Part shown: positions 55,441 to 64,000 of the stretch, piece by piece
How positions within the stretch are numbered: position 1 is the first letter of the stretch
Layout of the letters: every line of letters begins with the position of its first letter
DNA from: an uncultured Pseudohongiella sp.
GTDB taxonomy: Bacteria > Pseudomonadota > Gammaproteobacteria > Pseudomonadales > Pseudohongiellaceae
Length of the DNA: 64,000 nt
Assembly: GCA_964438455.1 (NCBI GenBank)
Contig: CAYTLI010000001.1
Span: 1,392 to 65,391 of the forward strand
Direction of reading: 5' to 3'
Translations under genes and position numbers: made by a program
The notes under the pieces: model-generated
Told to the model about the DNA's origin: nothing
What the model saw: only the letters and a program-made list of their open reading frames with translations
Databases searched by the model: none

Positions 55441-56142
55441 TTATAGTTTGAGCTCTTTCCTGAGCTGCTGCAGTCGCGCGTGCAGGTCCTTGCCAGTCAG
55501 CTTCGTCTCGATTTTTTCCGGCAGGGGCTTTGGCGCATCGACGCTCAGCTCCTTTCCCTGCATCACTTCCCGGCACAATCGCGTATAGTGATGTTCGAAC
55601 ACAGGGAAGGCTACGCTTTCGCTCTCATTGGCCAGCAGATACCAGTCGCTGGCCTTCCCTGCCAGGAACACAGCCGGATGACTCCATTGCTGATCATGTT
55701 TCGGCGAGGCTGCTGTGCATGCCTCCACGTAGGCGCTGCGCACGTCGGGCAAGCCAAACAACTCGGCCCCCTGCTCACAGGCCTGCGCCATGGAAGCGAT
55801 GGTCGGTAGATAGGGCTGGCTGCGAATCAGGGATTTGCCGGCTTGCTGGATGAGCTCGGCAGGGAAATCTGCCAGGCTCTGGAGCCAGAACTTCTTGGCA
55901 ATAATCAGGTCTTCCTCGTTGGGAAACGCCTTGTGGTACTGGTTGTGATAGGCGAACTGGAATTCGGCGAACAGCCGGGTGATCACTTCGGTGTGATCCA
56001 TGCTCCCCGGCGTTTGTTCACTCTCGTATTCAGTCCGAGCAGGCTCTTCTACCCTAGTCTGCCCAGCTTCGGTCAGCGAGTTTTTCGAGCCTTGCTCTAA
56101 CCTTTTCTTCTGTAGATCCAGCAATGGCTTGATCTTGTGCAT
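55441..56142 (-). CDS. Phage-lambda replication protein P-like protein
   Basis: 233 aa. ...QPYLPTIASMAQACEQG...GLPDVRSAYVEAC...WSHPAVFLA... parallels lambda P ...RPFLPSPGQFVAWCRE...GLPNVSELV..., as I recall it. The start is uncertain: 56142 overlaps the upstream gene by 89 nt, and an alternative ATG lies at 56001. Confidence 0.55.
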   Translation of the reverse strand: MHKIKPLLDLQKKRLEQGSKNSLTEAGQTRVEEPARTEYESEQTPGSMDHTEVITRLFAEFQFAYHNQYHKAFPNEEDLIIAKKFWLQSLADFPAELIQQAGKSLIRSQPYLPTIASMAQACEQGAELFGLPDVRSAYVEACTAASPKHDQQWSHPAVFLAGKASDWYLLANESESVAFPVFEHHYTRLCREVMQGKELSVDAPKPLPEKIETKLTGKDLHARLQQLRKELKL

Positions 56143-57241
56143 AGGTACTGCCCCGGGTCTGCAACTCGTTCAGTCGTCGCGCCCAATCCATTTTAATAAA
56201 CTGCAGAAAGACGGTGTTCCAGGACGCCCTCGCCTGCTTGCTGTCTCTCCAGTACATGACAAATTCCGGTACTTTCGATGTGGCATAGTCAGCATCAATT
56301 TCTGCCAATGCCAGTATCTCATAACATTCTGCGCTGGGCTGCCAGTCTTCCGGGATTTGTCGCGGCGTGTCATCTACCCCGAAAGAGGCCGAGAACTTGG
56401 CCCACTGGCGGCGAATGTGCTCAATAAACTTGGTGTTCCAGGCGCCGTGAACCACGCCGCGCTCACGCCAGTAAAGAACAAATTCCGGTACCGCGTCCTC
56501 GATGAAGCTCCTGCTCACTCCCGCCTTCTCCAGGATGTCGATGGCGTCTTGGCTGGGCTGCCATTCGGGGGACATGGTGCTCGCCAGCTCGTGAGCACCG
56601 CGCCGGGTTTGTTCGTGACGCCATTCCTTCAACACGTGTTTGTAGAATGCATTACCCCAGGAAAAGCGTGCCTGGCCTCGTTCGCGCCAGTATGCGACAA
56701 ATTCTGCAACCAGCGATTGAATAAAATCTTCTGGTATCGAATGCTGCTTGCACAGGCGAATCCAGTTTTCATCCGGCCGCCAGTCAGCAGGTATAAGATT
56801 GGTAATCGAAGAATTCTCTATAACAGGCTTTCTTGCTTCGCGGCCACTGCGAGTCGAGGGTTTGTTCGCAACGATCTTTTCCTTATTCCCGGACTCCAGT
56901 GCGATCCAGAACTTGCCCGTCGCCGCACTTCGATCGATGACAATCAGACCCAGCGTCTGCAAACTATGTAGTACACGATCGATCTCAGCCTCATCCCAGA
57001 ACGGCAGTGACTGGCATAACTCGGCGAGATTGGTACTCAGCCACTGCTGACCCGATACCTCAGCTCTGCTCACCGCACGATGCTTTAACCACTCAGAAAG
57101 CGTCTGCAGTAACACCGCTTCCTCAAGACCAATTGTTGCGGCCAGGGTCGGTGAGATAATGATCGGGTGTTCGGGAAGCACTTTTCGTAGCCAGTGAGAA
57201 TCGAAAAAAGAAAAATCCAGGGTCGCTCTGCATGCTAACAC
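56054..57241 (-). CDS. DnaT-like ssDNA-binding-domain protein with three tandem domain repeats
   Basis: 395 aa with a GTG start. A winged-helix-like N-terminus is followed by three repeats of about 60 aa: IPADWRPDENW...VAEFVAYWRERGQARFSWGNAF, MSPEWQPSQDA...VPEFVLYWRERGVVHGAWNTKF and IPEDWQPSAEC...VPEFVMYWRDSKQARASWNTVF. Confidence 0.6.
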   Translation of the reverse strand: MLACRATLDFSFFDSHWLRKVLPEHPIIISPTLAATIGLEEAVLLQTLSEWLKHRAVSRAEVSGQQWLSTNLAELCQSLPFWDEAEIDRVLHSLQTLGLIVIDRSAATGKFWIALESGNKEKIVANKPSTRSGREARKPVIENSSITNLIPADWRPDENWIRLCKQHSIPEDFIQSLVAEFVAYWRERGQARFSWGNAFYKHVLKEWRHEQTRRGAHELASTMSPEWQPSQDAIDILEKAGVSRSFIEDAVPEFVLYWRERGVVHGAWNTKFIEHIRRQWAKFSASFGVDDTPRQIPEDWQPSAECYEILALAEIDADYATSKVPEFVMYWRDSKQARASWNTVFLQFIKMDWARRLNELQTRGSTYAQDQAIAGSTEEKVRARLEKLADRSWAD

Positions 57242-57270
57242 AGTAGCTATAGGCTACCCACATCAACGCT

Positions 57271-58218
57271 GTGAATAGAGCATTCTTCACAGTAACATGC
57301 CCTTGCTTACCAACACTCAAGTGCTTATCAACTGTGTATCCACAAGTTATTCAACAACTCATTGATGAGGAGCATCTTCCCGATAGCTATGGCAAAGACG
57401 CTAGCCGATGGTTCCTGCCCCTGGTTGACGAGCTACGAGACAGCATCGAGCAGAGTGGCAAAGCTCCACTTTTTTTGGGTATCAACGGCGCACAGGGAAC
57501 CGGCAAATCAACCCTGGGCAAGCTGATCAAACTGTGCCTGGAAAGTAATGGGTACAGCATCGTCGTCCTTTCTATCGACGACTTCTACCTGGGTAAAGCG
57601 GCGCGCATCGAACTTGCCGCGCGCCAACATCCATTACTGGCCACCCGCGGCGTTCCAGGCACCCACAACACAAACCGGCTTGGCGATGTGATGCGCCGAC
57701 TTCGTGAGGGTGAGTTGAAAGAGCCACTAGTGTTGCCTGCATTCAACAAGGCCAGTGACGATAGTGTCGGCGAAGCGGATTGCCCGCGACTCACCCAGCA
57801 AGCGAACCTGGTCATTCTCGAAGGCTGGTTTGTAGGCGCTGGCGCGCAAGCCGAGGCAGCACTGGTTGAACCGATAAACGAGCTGGAAGCGCAGGAGGAC
57901 CAGAACGGTGACTGGCGCCGCTATGTTAATAAGCGACTGGCCGAGGACTATGTCCCAATCTTCGATATGCTGGACCGATTGATCCTGTTGCAGGCGCCAT
58001 CATTTGAGATGGTCTATGAGTGGCGTGGATTGCAGGAAGACAAGCTGCGCAACCTTGGTGGTGGAGACAGCGCTGGGGTGATGAACAGCGCGCAGTTGCA
58101 GCGCTTCATCCAGCACTACGAACGACTGACCAGACATTGCCTCGCCACCCTGCCTGCCCAGGCGGATACGGTGTTCACACTCGATGAAAACCACCGCGTA
58201 ACCGGGCGGCGAGGTTGA
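57271..58218 (+). CDS. P-loop kinase (D-glycerate 3-kinase-like, COG4240 from memory)
   Basis: 315 aa. Walker A is ...GINGAQGTGKSTL.... ...SIDDFYL... and ...RGVPGTHN... are present. The start is uncertain: GTG 57271, or in-frame GTG 57334. Confidence 0.55.
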   Translation: MNRAFFTVTCPCLPTLKCLSTVYPQVIQQLIDEEHLPDSYGKDASRWFLPLVDELRDSIEQSGKAPLFLGINGAQGTGKSTLGKLIKLCLESNGYSIVVLSIDDFYLGKAARIELAARQHPLLATRGVPGTHNTNRLGDVMRRLREGELKEPLVLPAFNKASDDSVGEADCPRLTQQANLVILEGWFVGAGAQAEAALVEPINELEAQEDQNGDWRRYVNKRLAEDYVPIFDMLDRLILLQAPSFEMVYEWRGLQEDKLRNLGGGDSAGVMNSAQLQRFIQHYERLTRHCLATLPAQADTVFTLDENHRVTGRRG

Positions 58219-58228
58219 TGACGCAGAC

Positions 58229-59290
58229 TTAGCTCTGTTCGGCGGGCGTTCCTACTGCTTCCCGGCGAGCAAAGAGGGGCTGCACCCAGACCCTGGCAAT
58301 CAGGCCAACCAGTAATACCGCGGCAAGTTGTCGCCACAGTGGATAGCTTTCCCCATGCTCTGCCATGGACAGCTGTAAAGGCCAGCCGAAATTGGCGTAG
58401 AGGGAATTCAGCACCAGGCCACAGATAATCGCCGTGCCAACTACTCCAGCCAGGTAAGCCATCAGGGAGCGTGTACCGAGTTGCTCCCTGATCACACCCA
58501 TGGTGGCAATATTGGTAGCCGGACCGGTAAGCATGAAGACCAGCGCTGCTCCGGGAGAGATTCCCGCGAACAATAGACTGGCCGCAACAGGAGTCGAGGC
58601 CGTGGCACAGATATACATGGGCAAGCCGACCACGACCATGACAATCATCGCCATCAGTCCATCACCCCACTGCAGGAAGAACGACTGCGGCACGACGGCG
58701 GTGATGATAGTCGCAGCGATCAGGCCAATGGCCAGCCATTTGGCAGTATCGGAAATCATGCGGCCATAACCGTACTTCACCGCGGCAATGAATCTCTCGC
58801 CCAGACTGGCTTTTTGTTCCGCTTCCTGCGCCTTCTTGGAAGCACAACAACTGCCACAAGTGGACGTGGTCTCTTCGACGACTTCTTCCTTGCCATCGAA
58901 AGTATTCACCAGAATACCCGCCACGATCGCGCTGGTAAGCGCTCCAATGGGTCGCATCAGGGCGAAGATCGGACCCAGCACAGCATAGGAAAATGAAATA
59001 CTGTCAACCCCGGTTTCTGGTGTGGCAACCAAAAAAGAAGACGTGGCGCCTTTTGACGCACCTGCCTTGCGAATCGCAAGTGCTGTCGGGATCACCCCGC
59101 AGGAACACAGAGGCAGAGGCGCACCAATGAAAGCGCCCTTCACGATGGATAACAAACCCGGCTCAGACAGCTGTTTCTCTACCCAGCTACTGGGAATGAC
59201 TTGCTTGATGATACCCGCAAGCAGGTAGCCCATGAGCAACCAGGGCGCGCTTTCGATAACCAGATTCCAAAATATGCTTAGCAATTCCAT
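58229..59290 (-). CDS. Permease of the SO_0444/DUF318 type (putative Zn/Cu/Cd efflux)
   Basis: The ORF track gives 58229-59389. ATG 59290 (MELLSIFWNLVIESAPWLLMGY...) overlaps the regulator stop (TGATG). The protein is polytopic with a central Cys-rich loop ...TSTCGSCCASKK.... Confidence 0.7.
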   Translation of the reverse strand: MELLSIFWNLVIESAPWLLMGYLLAGIIKQVIPSSWVEKQLSEPGLLSIVKGAFIGAPLPLCSCGVIPTALAIRKAGASKGATSSFLVATPETGVDSISFSYAVLGPIFALMRPIGALTSAIVAGILVNTFDGKEEVVEETTSTCGSCCASKKAQEAEQKASLGERFIAAVKYGYGRMISDTAKWLAIGLIAATIITAVVPQSFFLQWGDGLMAMIVMVVVGLPMYICATASTPVAASLLFAGISPGAALVFMLTGPATNIATMGVIREQLGTRSLMAYLAGVVGTAIICGLVLNSLYANFGWPLQLSMAEHGESYPLWRQLAAVLLVGLIARVWVQPLFARREAVGTPAEQS

Positions 59291-59727
59291 CAGTTTGGTC
59301 CTCTTGCCGGGGCCTTTTCTGGCACCTGGCCTTCTTCCAGTGCTTCGATAATTGAGCAGTGCGTGGCATCTTCGGGGCCACCACAGCAACTCTGCAGCAG
59401 GCGTTCCAGGGTTCTCTGCATCGACACCAGCTCTGCGATCTTGCCGTTTACTTCATCAAGCTTGTTCTGCGTAATATCGGTGACTTCCTGGCAGCTGTGG
59501 CTGTCCTTATCAAGCCTGATCGACAGAAGCTGGCCGATATCATCGAGTGAAAAGCCAATATTACGGGCGCTGCGCACGAACTCGGCGCGGCGCACGTCGG
59601 CATCGTTATAGTATCGATAACCAGCTTCACTGCGCTCACTGGCGCTGATCAGCCCGTGCTTTTCATAGAAGCGGATGGTGTGGGCCGTAAGCCCGGTTTG
59701 TTCGGCCAGTTCACTGATTTTCAGCAT
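59290..59727 (-). CDS. zntR: MerR-family metal-responsive regulator (ZntR/CadR-like)
   Basis: The ORF track gives 59290-59745. I prefer ATG 59727 (MLKISELAEQTGLTAHTIRFYEKHGLI...). The C-terminal metal-site cysteines read ...LLQSCCGGPEDATHCSI.... Confidence 0.75.
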   Translation of the reverse strand: MLKISELAEQTGLTAHTIRFYEKHGLISASERSEAGYRYYNDADVRRAEFVRSARNIGFSLDDIGQLLSIRLDKDSHSCQEVTDITQNKLDEVNGKIAELVSMQRTLERLLQSCCGGPEDATHCSIIEALEEGQVPEKAPARGPN

Positions 59728-59793
59728 GACAGTCGGGTCCCTCATGAGCTCGTTCAGGCTCGATTTCTGCGAGATTTCTGTAGAACGAGGCGT

Positions 59794-59824
59794 AGTATAA
59801 GCTTAGAGTCAACTCTAAGGTCAA
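59794..59824 (-). promoter_or_regulatory. MerR-type promoter/operator
   Basis: The minus strand reads TTGACC-N19-TATACT. The 19-bp spacer carries the perfect dyad CTTAGAGT-TG-ACTCTAAG. It is about 65 nt upstream of the regulator ATG. Confidence 0.65.
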
Positions 59825-59848
59825 TACTTAGGGTCGATCAGGGCGAAT

Positions 59849-60526
59849 TCAACTGTCTTCGTGGCCAAGTACCCGCCTCATCCACTCTCCCATCAGCCTG
59901 ATTTCGTCTGGGCAGACCGCATGCTCCATGGGATAGCTCTCATATTCCGGGGTAAATCCCAGGTTCTGCAAGGTGGCCACGCTCTTGCGCCCCAGCGCCT
60001 CGGGCACCACCGGGTCATAGCTGCCATGGCAGATGAGGATGGGCAGCGTGTTCTGCACCGGGTTTATTTCAATGCTGGCGGCAGTGGCAAAGTAGGTCGA
60101 CAAAGCCATGATGCCAGCGAGGGTCTGCGGATAGGTGAGCCCCGCCTCGAAAGCGACCGCACCGCCCTGGGAAAAACCGGCGACGATGATTCGCTCGGCA
60201 GGCACACCCCGCTCGATCTCCCGATCTATCAGATCATGCACCCATTGCGCCGATTGTTTCAGCTGGCCTTCGTCCACATGTCGATCAACGTCCAGTTGCT
60301 TGATGTCATACCAGGCCGGCATGACGAATCCGTTGTTGATCGTGACTGGTATTGAAGGGGCATGGGGAAATACAAAACGAATGCCAAATGAATTCGGCAA
60401 ACCCAGTTGCGGCACTATCGGAGCAAAGTCATTACCATCCGCACCGAGACCATGGAGCCAGATTACGGCGGCATCGACTGACACATCGCCGGGGCTCTCA
60501 ATTTCTACCGCAGGTAAGTATTCCAT
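59849..60526 (-). CDS. Alpha/beta-hydrolase carboxylesterase (phospholipase/carboxylesterase family)
   Basis: The ORF track gives 59849-60559. ATG 60526 has GAAGGAAG upstream. ...AAVIWLHGLGADGNDF... and the nucleophile elbow ...GFSQGG... are present, and ...CHGSYDPVV... follows. Confidence 0.8.
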   Translation of the reverse strand: MEYLPAVEIESPGDVSVDAAVIWLHGLGADGNDFAPIVPQLGLPNSFGIRFVFPHAPSIPVTINNGFVMPAWYDIKQLDVDRHVDEGQLKQSAQWVHDLIDREIERGVPAERIIVAGFSQGGAVAFEAGLTYPQTLAGIMALSTYFATAASIEINPVQNTLPILICHGSYDPVVPEALGRKSVATLQNLGFTPEYESYPMEHAVCPDEIRLMGEWMRRVLGHEDS

Positions 60527-60585
60527 TCTGTCTTCCTTCAGATTTTTCTCTTCAACCAACTTTCGAGCAAACCAATCTGTTCTGA

Positions 60586-61404
60586 TTACTGTAACAAACG
60601 CACTTCACGCTGGGGAAATGGAATCGCAATATCTTCGCTTGCCAGCACCTGTCGCAGAACCTGGTTACAGCTGAATCTGGCCTGGTGAAAATTTTTTGTC
60701 TGTGCCCAGCAGCGAATACCTATATTAATGGCACTGTCACCGAAACTCTGAATGCCGACCTGCATCGGTCTCTTCTCACTCAGCCCTTCGACCTTGGCCA
60801 GACCATTCCTGATCGCCGCAATCGCCTTGTCGGTATCACTCTGGTATGCGATACCCACTTCCAGCTCAAGCACCGTGTCAGTTTGAGAGTTGTGAATTAT
60901 TTCGCCGATCACGTGACGGTTGGGGATGGTGATCATCTCATCGTCTTCATTAGTGAGAAACGTGTACGCCAGGGTGACCTCTTTCACCACGCCCCAGACT
61001 CCTTGCACACGAATCGTATCACCAACAACAAAAGGCCTGGTGAGGATGATGCTGAGACCGGCACCATAGTTGGACAGCAGCCCCTGAACGGCCAATCCGG
61101 CACCAAGACCGAGAGCACCGATTGCTGCAATAAACGGCGTTATCTGAATACCCAGTTTAGGTAGTGCAATCACCACGGCCGAGGCCACCACTGCAATGCG
61201 CGTGGCGCTGGCAAAGAATCGACTCAGGGTAACATCCAGCCCACGCCGCTCCGCCACAGCGAAGACAAGATCCGAGACCTTGCGCCCGATAACAAAGCCC
61301 AGAATCATGATGATGATGGCGCCGATAATCTGGAAACTGTAGGTGACCAGGTAGGTGGCGATGAGGTTATAAATCTCAGTGACTTGTTCTATTTCCTGTT
61401 CCAT
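60586..61404 (-). CDS. Small-conductance mechanosensitive channel (MscS family)
   Basis: The ORF track gives 60586-61413 (GTG). ATG 61404 is better spaced from AAAGAG. It has three TM helices followed by ...RPFVVGDTIRVQGVWGVVKEVTLAYTFL.... Confidence 0.8.
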   Translation of the reverse strand: MEQEIEQVTEIYNLIATYLVTYSFQIIGAIIIMILGFVIGRKVSDLVFAVAERRGLDVTLSRFFASATRIAVVASAVVIALPKLGIQITPFIAAIGALGLGAGLAVQGLLSNYGAGLSIILTRPFVVGDTIRVQGVWGVVKEVTLAYTFLTNEDDEMITIPNRHVIGEIIHNSQTDTVLELEVGIAYQSDTDKAIAAIRNGLAKVEGLSEKRPMQVGIQSFGDSAINIGIRCWAQTKNFHQARFSCNQVLRQVLASEDIAIPFPQREVRLLQ

Positions 61405-61518
61405 AACAAACACTCTTTATTGGGATGGTAATGAAGCAGGCATTCTGCCACGCAACAGCGGTCGGTCAAACCTTGTTGTGTTGCAGCACATCGCACGCTG
61501 GATTACCATGCCTGCATC

Positions 61519-61920
61519 ATGAAAATTCTCAAGCAATCTGTACTGCTACTCTGCCTGCTGCTTGGTACCCAGGCCCTGGCTCAGGAGCAGGGCCGTGAGA
61601 CTCTGGAAGGTTCGTGGGAAGGACCCCTCGTTCTCGGCAGGGACAACATGACCATGGCTTTCACCTTCACCATGAATGGTGATGCCTACGCTGCCACTCT
61701 CACCAGTGGCGGCATGGGGATCTACGGCATGCCCGTGGAGAGTGTTTCCGTCGAAGGCAGAAGCATATTGCTTCGCATACCGCGTCTCGACCTGGAATTC
61801 ACCGGCACTATCCGCCGGGACGAATCAGGTGAAAAGATCATGCGAATAGATGGTGACTGGTTTCAGTACAGCGAGATGGTGCCGGTGGTCTTGCGACCAG
61901 TAGACAGCCCAACTTTTTAG
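61519..61920 (+). CDS. Small exported protein
   Basis: 133 aa with signal peptide MKILKQSVLLLCLLLGTQALA/QE. Confidence 0.55.
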   Translation: MKILKQSVLLLCLLLGTQALAQEQGRETLEGSWEGPLVLGRDNMTMAFTFTMNGDAYAATLTSGGMGIYGMPVESVSVEGRSILLRIPRLDLEFTGTIRRDESGEKIMRIDGDWFQYSEMVPVVLRPVDSPTF

Positions 61921-61938
61921 TTCTGGCCTGGATATGGC

Positions 61939-64000
61939 CTAAATGTAGCGGCTGAGGTTCCTGTTAGCCCTGCTCAATCTTTCCGACAGAACCTTCACTA
62001 TATAGGTGTGTAGCGCGGCAGTAGAAGCCGGGAAAGTTCGCCCCATGGCTTCCATCTTCTCCTTGTCGAGACGAAACAGCGTTGCATCATTTTCTATGCG
62101 CACACTGGCGGTTCGATTTTCTCCGGTATAGATTGCCATCTCACCCAGGATTGCGCCTGCCTTGTACTTGCGCAATATCTGCTCCTGCTGGTTGGGAATC
62201 TTCAGTACCACCACGACGGTACCCGAACCAACGAAGTAAAGGGATTCACCCTTGTCTCCTTCCCTGAATAAATACTCCCCGGCTTTCCGGTCCTCGACGA
62301 TAAAGTATTCAGCCAGCAGTTTTACGTCTTCTTCCGCGTAGGCAATGCGCCTGACCACGTCGGCCAGTTCCAGGTTCTGATCTTCGTCACTGCGATTCAA
62401 ATCGCTGAGAATGCGACGTTCACACCAGTCCACTGCGGTGTCGACCTGTTCCTTGTAGTTGCGCTCCCACGTCTGTTCACCCAGGGTAAAAAATCCATGC
62501 TTGACCAACTGCTTGATGGATTTTTCATCCGCACCACTGATCACCACATGAAAGCCTATGCGCTCACTTAACTGTGCCAGTTTGGTAAAGGTGACGATCG
62601 CCGATGTATCGAGCTGACTGACATGATGAAAGTCGAGGACAAGGAAATCGAAACGACTGTTATTGCCGTCCATGATGCGATCGCGAATAGCCGAGATCAG
62701 CTTGTCTGCGGTGCCAAAGAAGATGAATCCCTGCAGGATCATGATCAGCACCCGGTTGCCTTCCTTGTTCAGTAATTCCCGAGTCTCAAGGTCACGATCG
62801 ACATTACTGGCATGGTCGCTGCCATTGGTCTCGATCTTGATCACACTGAGCTGTGAATAATTAATGACGAAGAGAATAATCGCCACGAAGAAACCAAAGG
62901 TGACGCCCTGCAGAATGTCGGACAGGATGATCACCACCAATATAAGAATGACGACCACATAATCAGACAGAGGGAGTTCGTCCCGCGCCTTCCACAGCCA
63001 ATCGATCAGGAATTCCAGGCCAACGTAAATGAGCAGGCCGCCGAGAATGAATGTCGGTACGATCTCCATGAACTCGGCACCGGCGAAGATTGCAGCGCCC
63101 ACCAATAAGGCATAGACAATTCCAGTTAACCTGTCCTTGCCACCGAGTCGATCGACCAAAGCAGTGTCCGAGACATCGTGCACTCCGGGAAAGCCACCGA
63201 AGAAGCTGTTCACAATGTTGGTGTAGCCCATGACCTGAAGCTCATGGTCGGGATTGAGGTCATCCCTGGCAATCAGCTCGATACCTGAAACATCCAGCAA
63301 CAACATCATCGAACACAACAAGGCGACAACAACAATACCACTTAGCTGATCCGAGATGGCAATCCAGTTCACCTGTTGCAGATAGTCGAGATGGAAAATA
63401 GGAATCAGCGCGCCCGTCGACTCAATGGAAGGCAGGAGTCCACTATCGGCTGCGGCCTCCCTGGTGATACCCGAACTGTACAACACGCCATAGAAAATCA
63501 GTATGGACAAGGCGAGAATACCGGGTACCGAGAGTCGGTTATCCCTGAACAACTTGCCGGCAATCAGACATAGTGCAAGCACCACAGCAGGAGTGATGAG
63601 CTGCAGAAAACTTCCATCTCCAAATGAAGACAGGCTGGGTTCCTGACCTGCAGCGACAGTGAGCCCCCCTTCGACGAATATGTAACCGATACCGGCAAAG
63701 AAGCCACCGGTCACCGGATAGGGAATGTAACGAACCACGTTTCCCATCTTGAGACGACCGAGGAGCAATAAGAACAAGCCAGTTATCAATGTCGTGAGCA
63801 TGAACGCGACGATGATGGTTGCCTCTGCGCCTATAGAGTACTGGGAACCGAAGCTCACATAGATGCCACTGACCATAACAGCGAACACCGGGACCAATCC
63901 GTTGCGTGGCGAGCAGATTACAGCCTTGAAATCACTGAACAGGGAACCGCCCAGGCCAGTGATCAGAGTGCCGATGAGGAGGATGGCAATACCCGGCACC
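61939..64000 (-). CDS. SulP-family anion transporter fused to STAS and cyclic-nucleotide-binding domains; 5' end off-window
   Basis: The ORF is open to the window edge. A polytopic SulP core is followed by STAS (...FLVLDFHHVSQLDTSAI...) and a cNMP domain (...FREGDKGESLYFVGSG...GEMAIYTGENRTASV...). Confidence 0.75.
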   Translation of the reverse strand, partial: VPGIAILLIGTLITGLGGSLFSDFKAVICSPRNGLVPVFAVMVSGIYVSFGSQYSIGAEATIIVAFMLTTLITGLFLLLLGRLKMGNVVRYIPYPVTGGFFAGIGYIFVEGGLTVAAGQEPSLSSFGDGSFLQLITPAVVLALCLIAGKLFRDNRLSVPGILALSILIFYGVLYSSGITREAAADSGLLPSIESTGALIPIFHLDYLQQVNWIAISDQLSGIVVVALLCSMMLLLDVSGIELIARDDLNPDHELQVMGYTNIVNSFFGGFPGVHDVSDTALVDRLGGKDRLTGIVYALLVGAAIFAGAEFMEIVPTFILGGLLIYVGLEFLIDWLWKARDELPLSDYVVVILILVVIILSDILQGVTFGFFVAIILFVINYSQLSVIKIETNGSDHASNVDRDLETRELLNKEGNRVLIMILQGFIFFGTADKLISAIRDRIMDGNNSRFDFLVLDFHHVSQLDTSAIVTFTKLAQLSERIGFHVVISGADEKSIKQLVKHGFFTLGEQTWERNYKEQVDTAVDWCERRILSDLNRSDEDQNLELADVVRRIAYAEEDVKLLAEYFIVEDRKAGEYLFREGDKGESLYFVGSGTVVVVLKIPNQQEQILRKYKAGAILGEMAIYTGENRTASVRIENDATLFRLDKEKMEAMGRTFPASTAALHTYIVKVLSERLSRANRNLSRYI

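Noticed and set aside
56000-56971. A 323-aa plus-strand ORF opposite the DnaT-like gene.
   Set aside because: The minus-strand product shows three clear protein-level repeats. The plus-strand translation is Arg/Pro/Leu-rich without structure.
55441-57241. Interpretation of the lambda-P-like/DnaT-like pair as an intact prophage.
   Set aside because: No integrase, repressor, structural, lysis or att-like elements lie within many kb on either side, and the flanks are housekeeping genes. The pair is kept only as a two-gene finding.
61414-61518. Complementary GGTAAT/ATTACC and GCAGGCAT/ATGCCTGC words in the MscS/small-ORF intergenic region.
   Set aside because: The order of the words is not compatible with a simple hairpin, and they are short enough to be chance. 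I have no further support.
1-64000. A search for CRISPR arrays, tRNA or rRNA genes, IS elements, integrases and long direct repeats.
   Set aside because: I found none by eye in intergenic regions or in the ORF translations. This is a visual scan only. tRNAscan, Infernal and a self-dot-plot would be needed for a definitive negative.

Overview
This is a dense, mostly housekeeping chromosomal segment of a Gram-negative bacterium. Synteny such as glyA-nrdR-ribD-ribE-ribBA-ribH-nusB-thiL-pgpA and xseB-ispA-dxs points to a gammaproteobacterium. The many exported, TonB-dependent and PQQ-type genes suggest an aquatic or marine heterotroph, but that is inference only. I call about 68 protein-coding genes, one frameshifted pseudogene, one cobalamin riboswitch, several promoters, operators and terminators, and two short tandem repeats. 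By eye I saw no rRNA, tRNA, CRISPR array, transposase or integrase. Functional blocks in order: tamA/pldA; an uncharacterised envelope module; a Tat-exported xanthine-dehydrogenase-family enzyme; a cobalt-type nitrile hydratase operon; phoB plus a TonB-dependent receptor plus a 600-aa exported protein with Pho-box-like sites; an ECF sigma/ChrR pair with matching divergent promoters; exported DHDPS-like, PQQ-dehydrogenase and cupin genes around a low-GC orphan ORF; lipid-related genes; an Opp/Dpp-type ABC transporter; riboswitch-controlled btuCDF plus cobO/cobC; the riboflavin cluster; ettA; a lambda-P-like/DnaT-like pair; a ZntR-type regulator plus permease; an esterase, MscS and a SulP-STAS-cNMP transporter. 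I did not find a large, obviously novel multi-gene system. The best leads are the Pho-linked receptor/exported-protein module, the DnaT-like/P-like pair, the pseudogene created by a 7-bp duplication, the divergent ECF promoters and the low-GC orphan locus with an orphan terminator.
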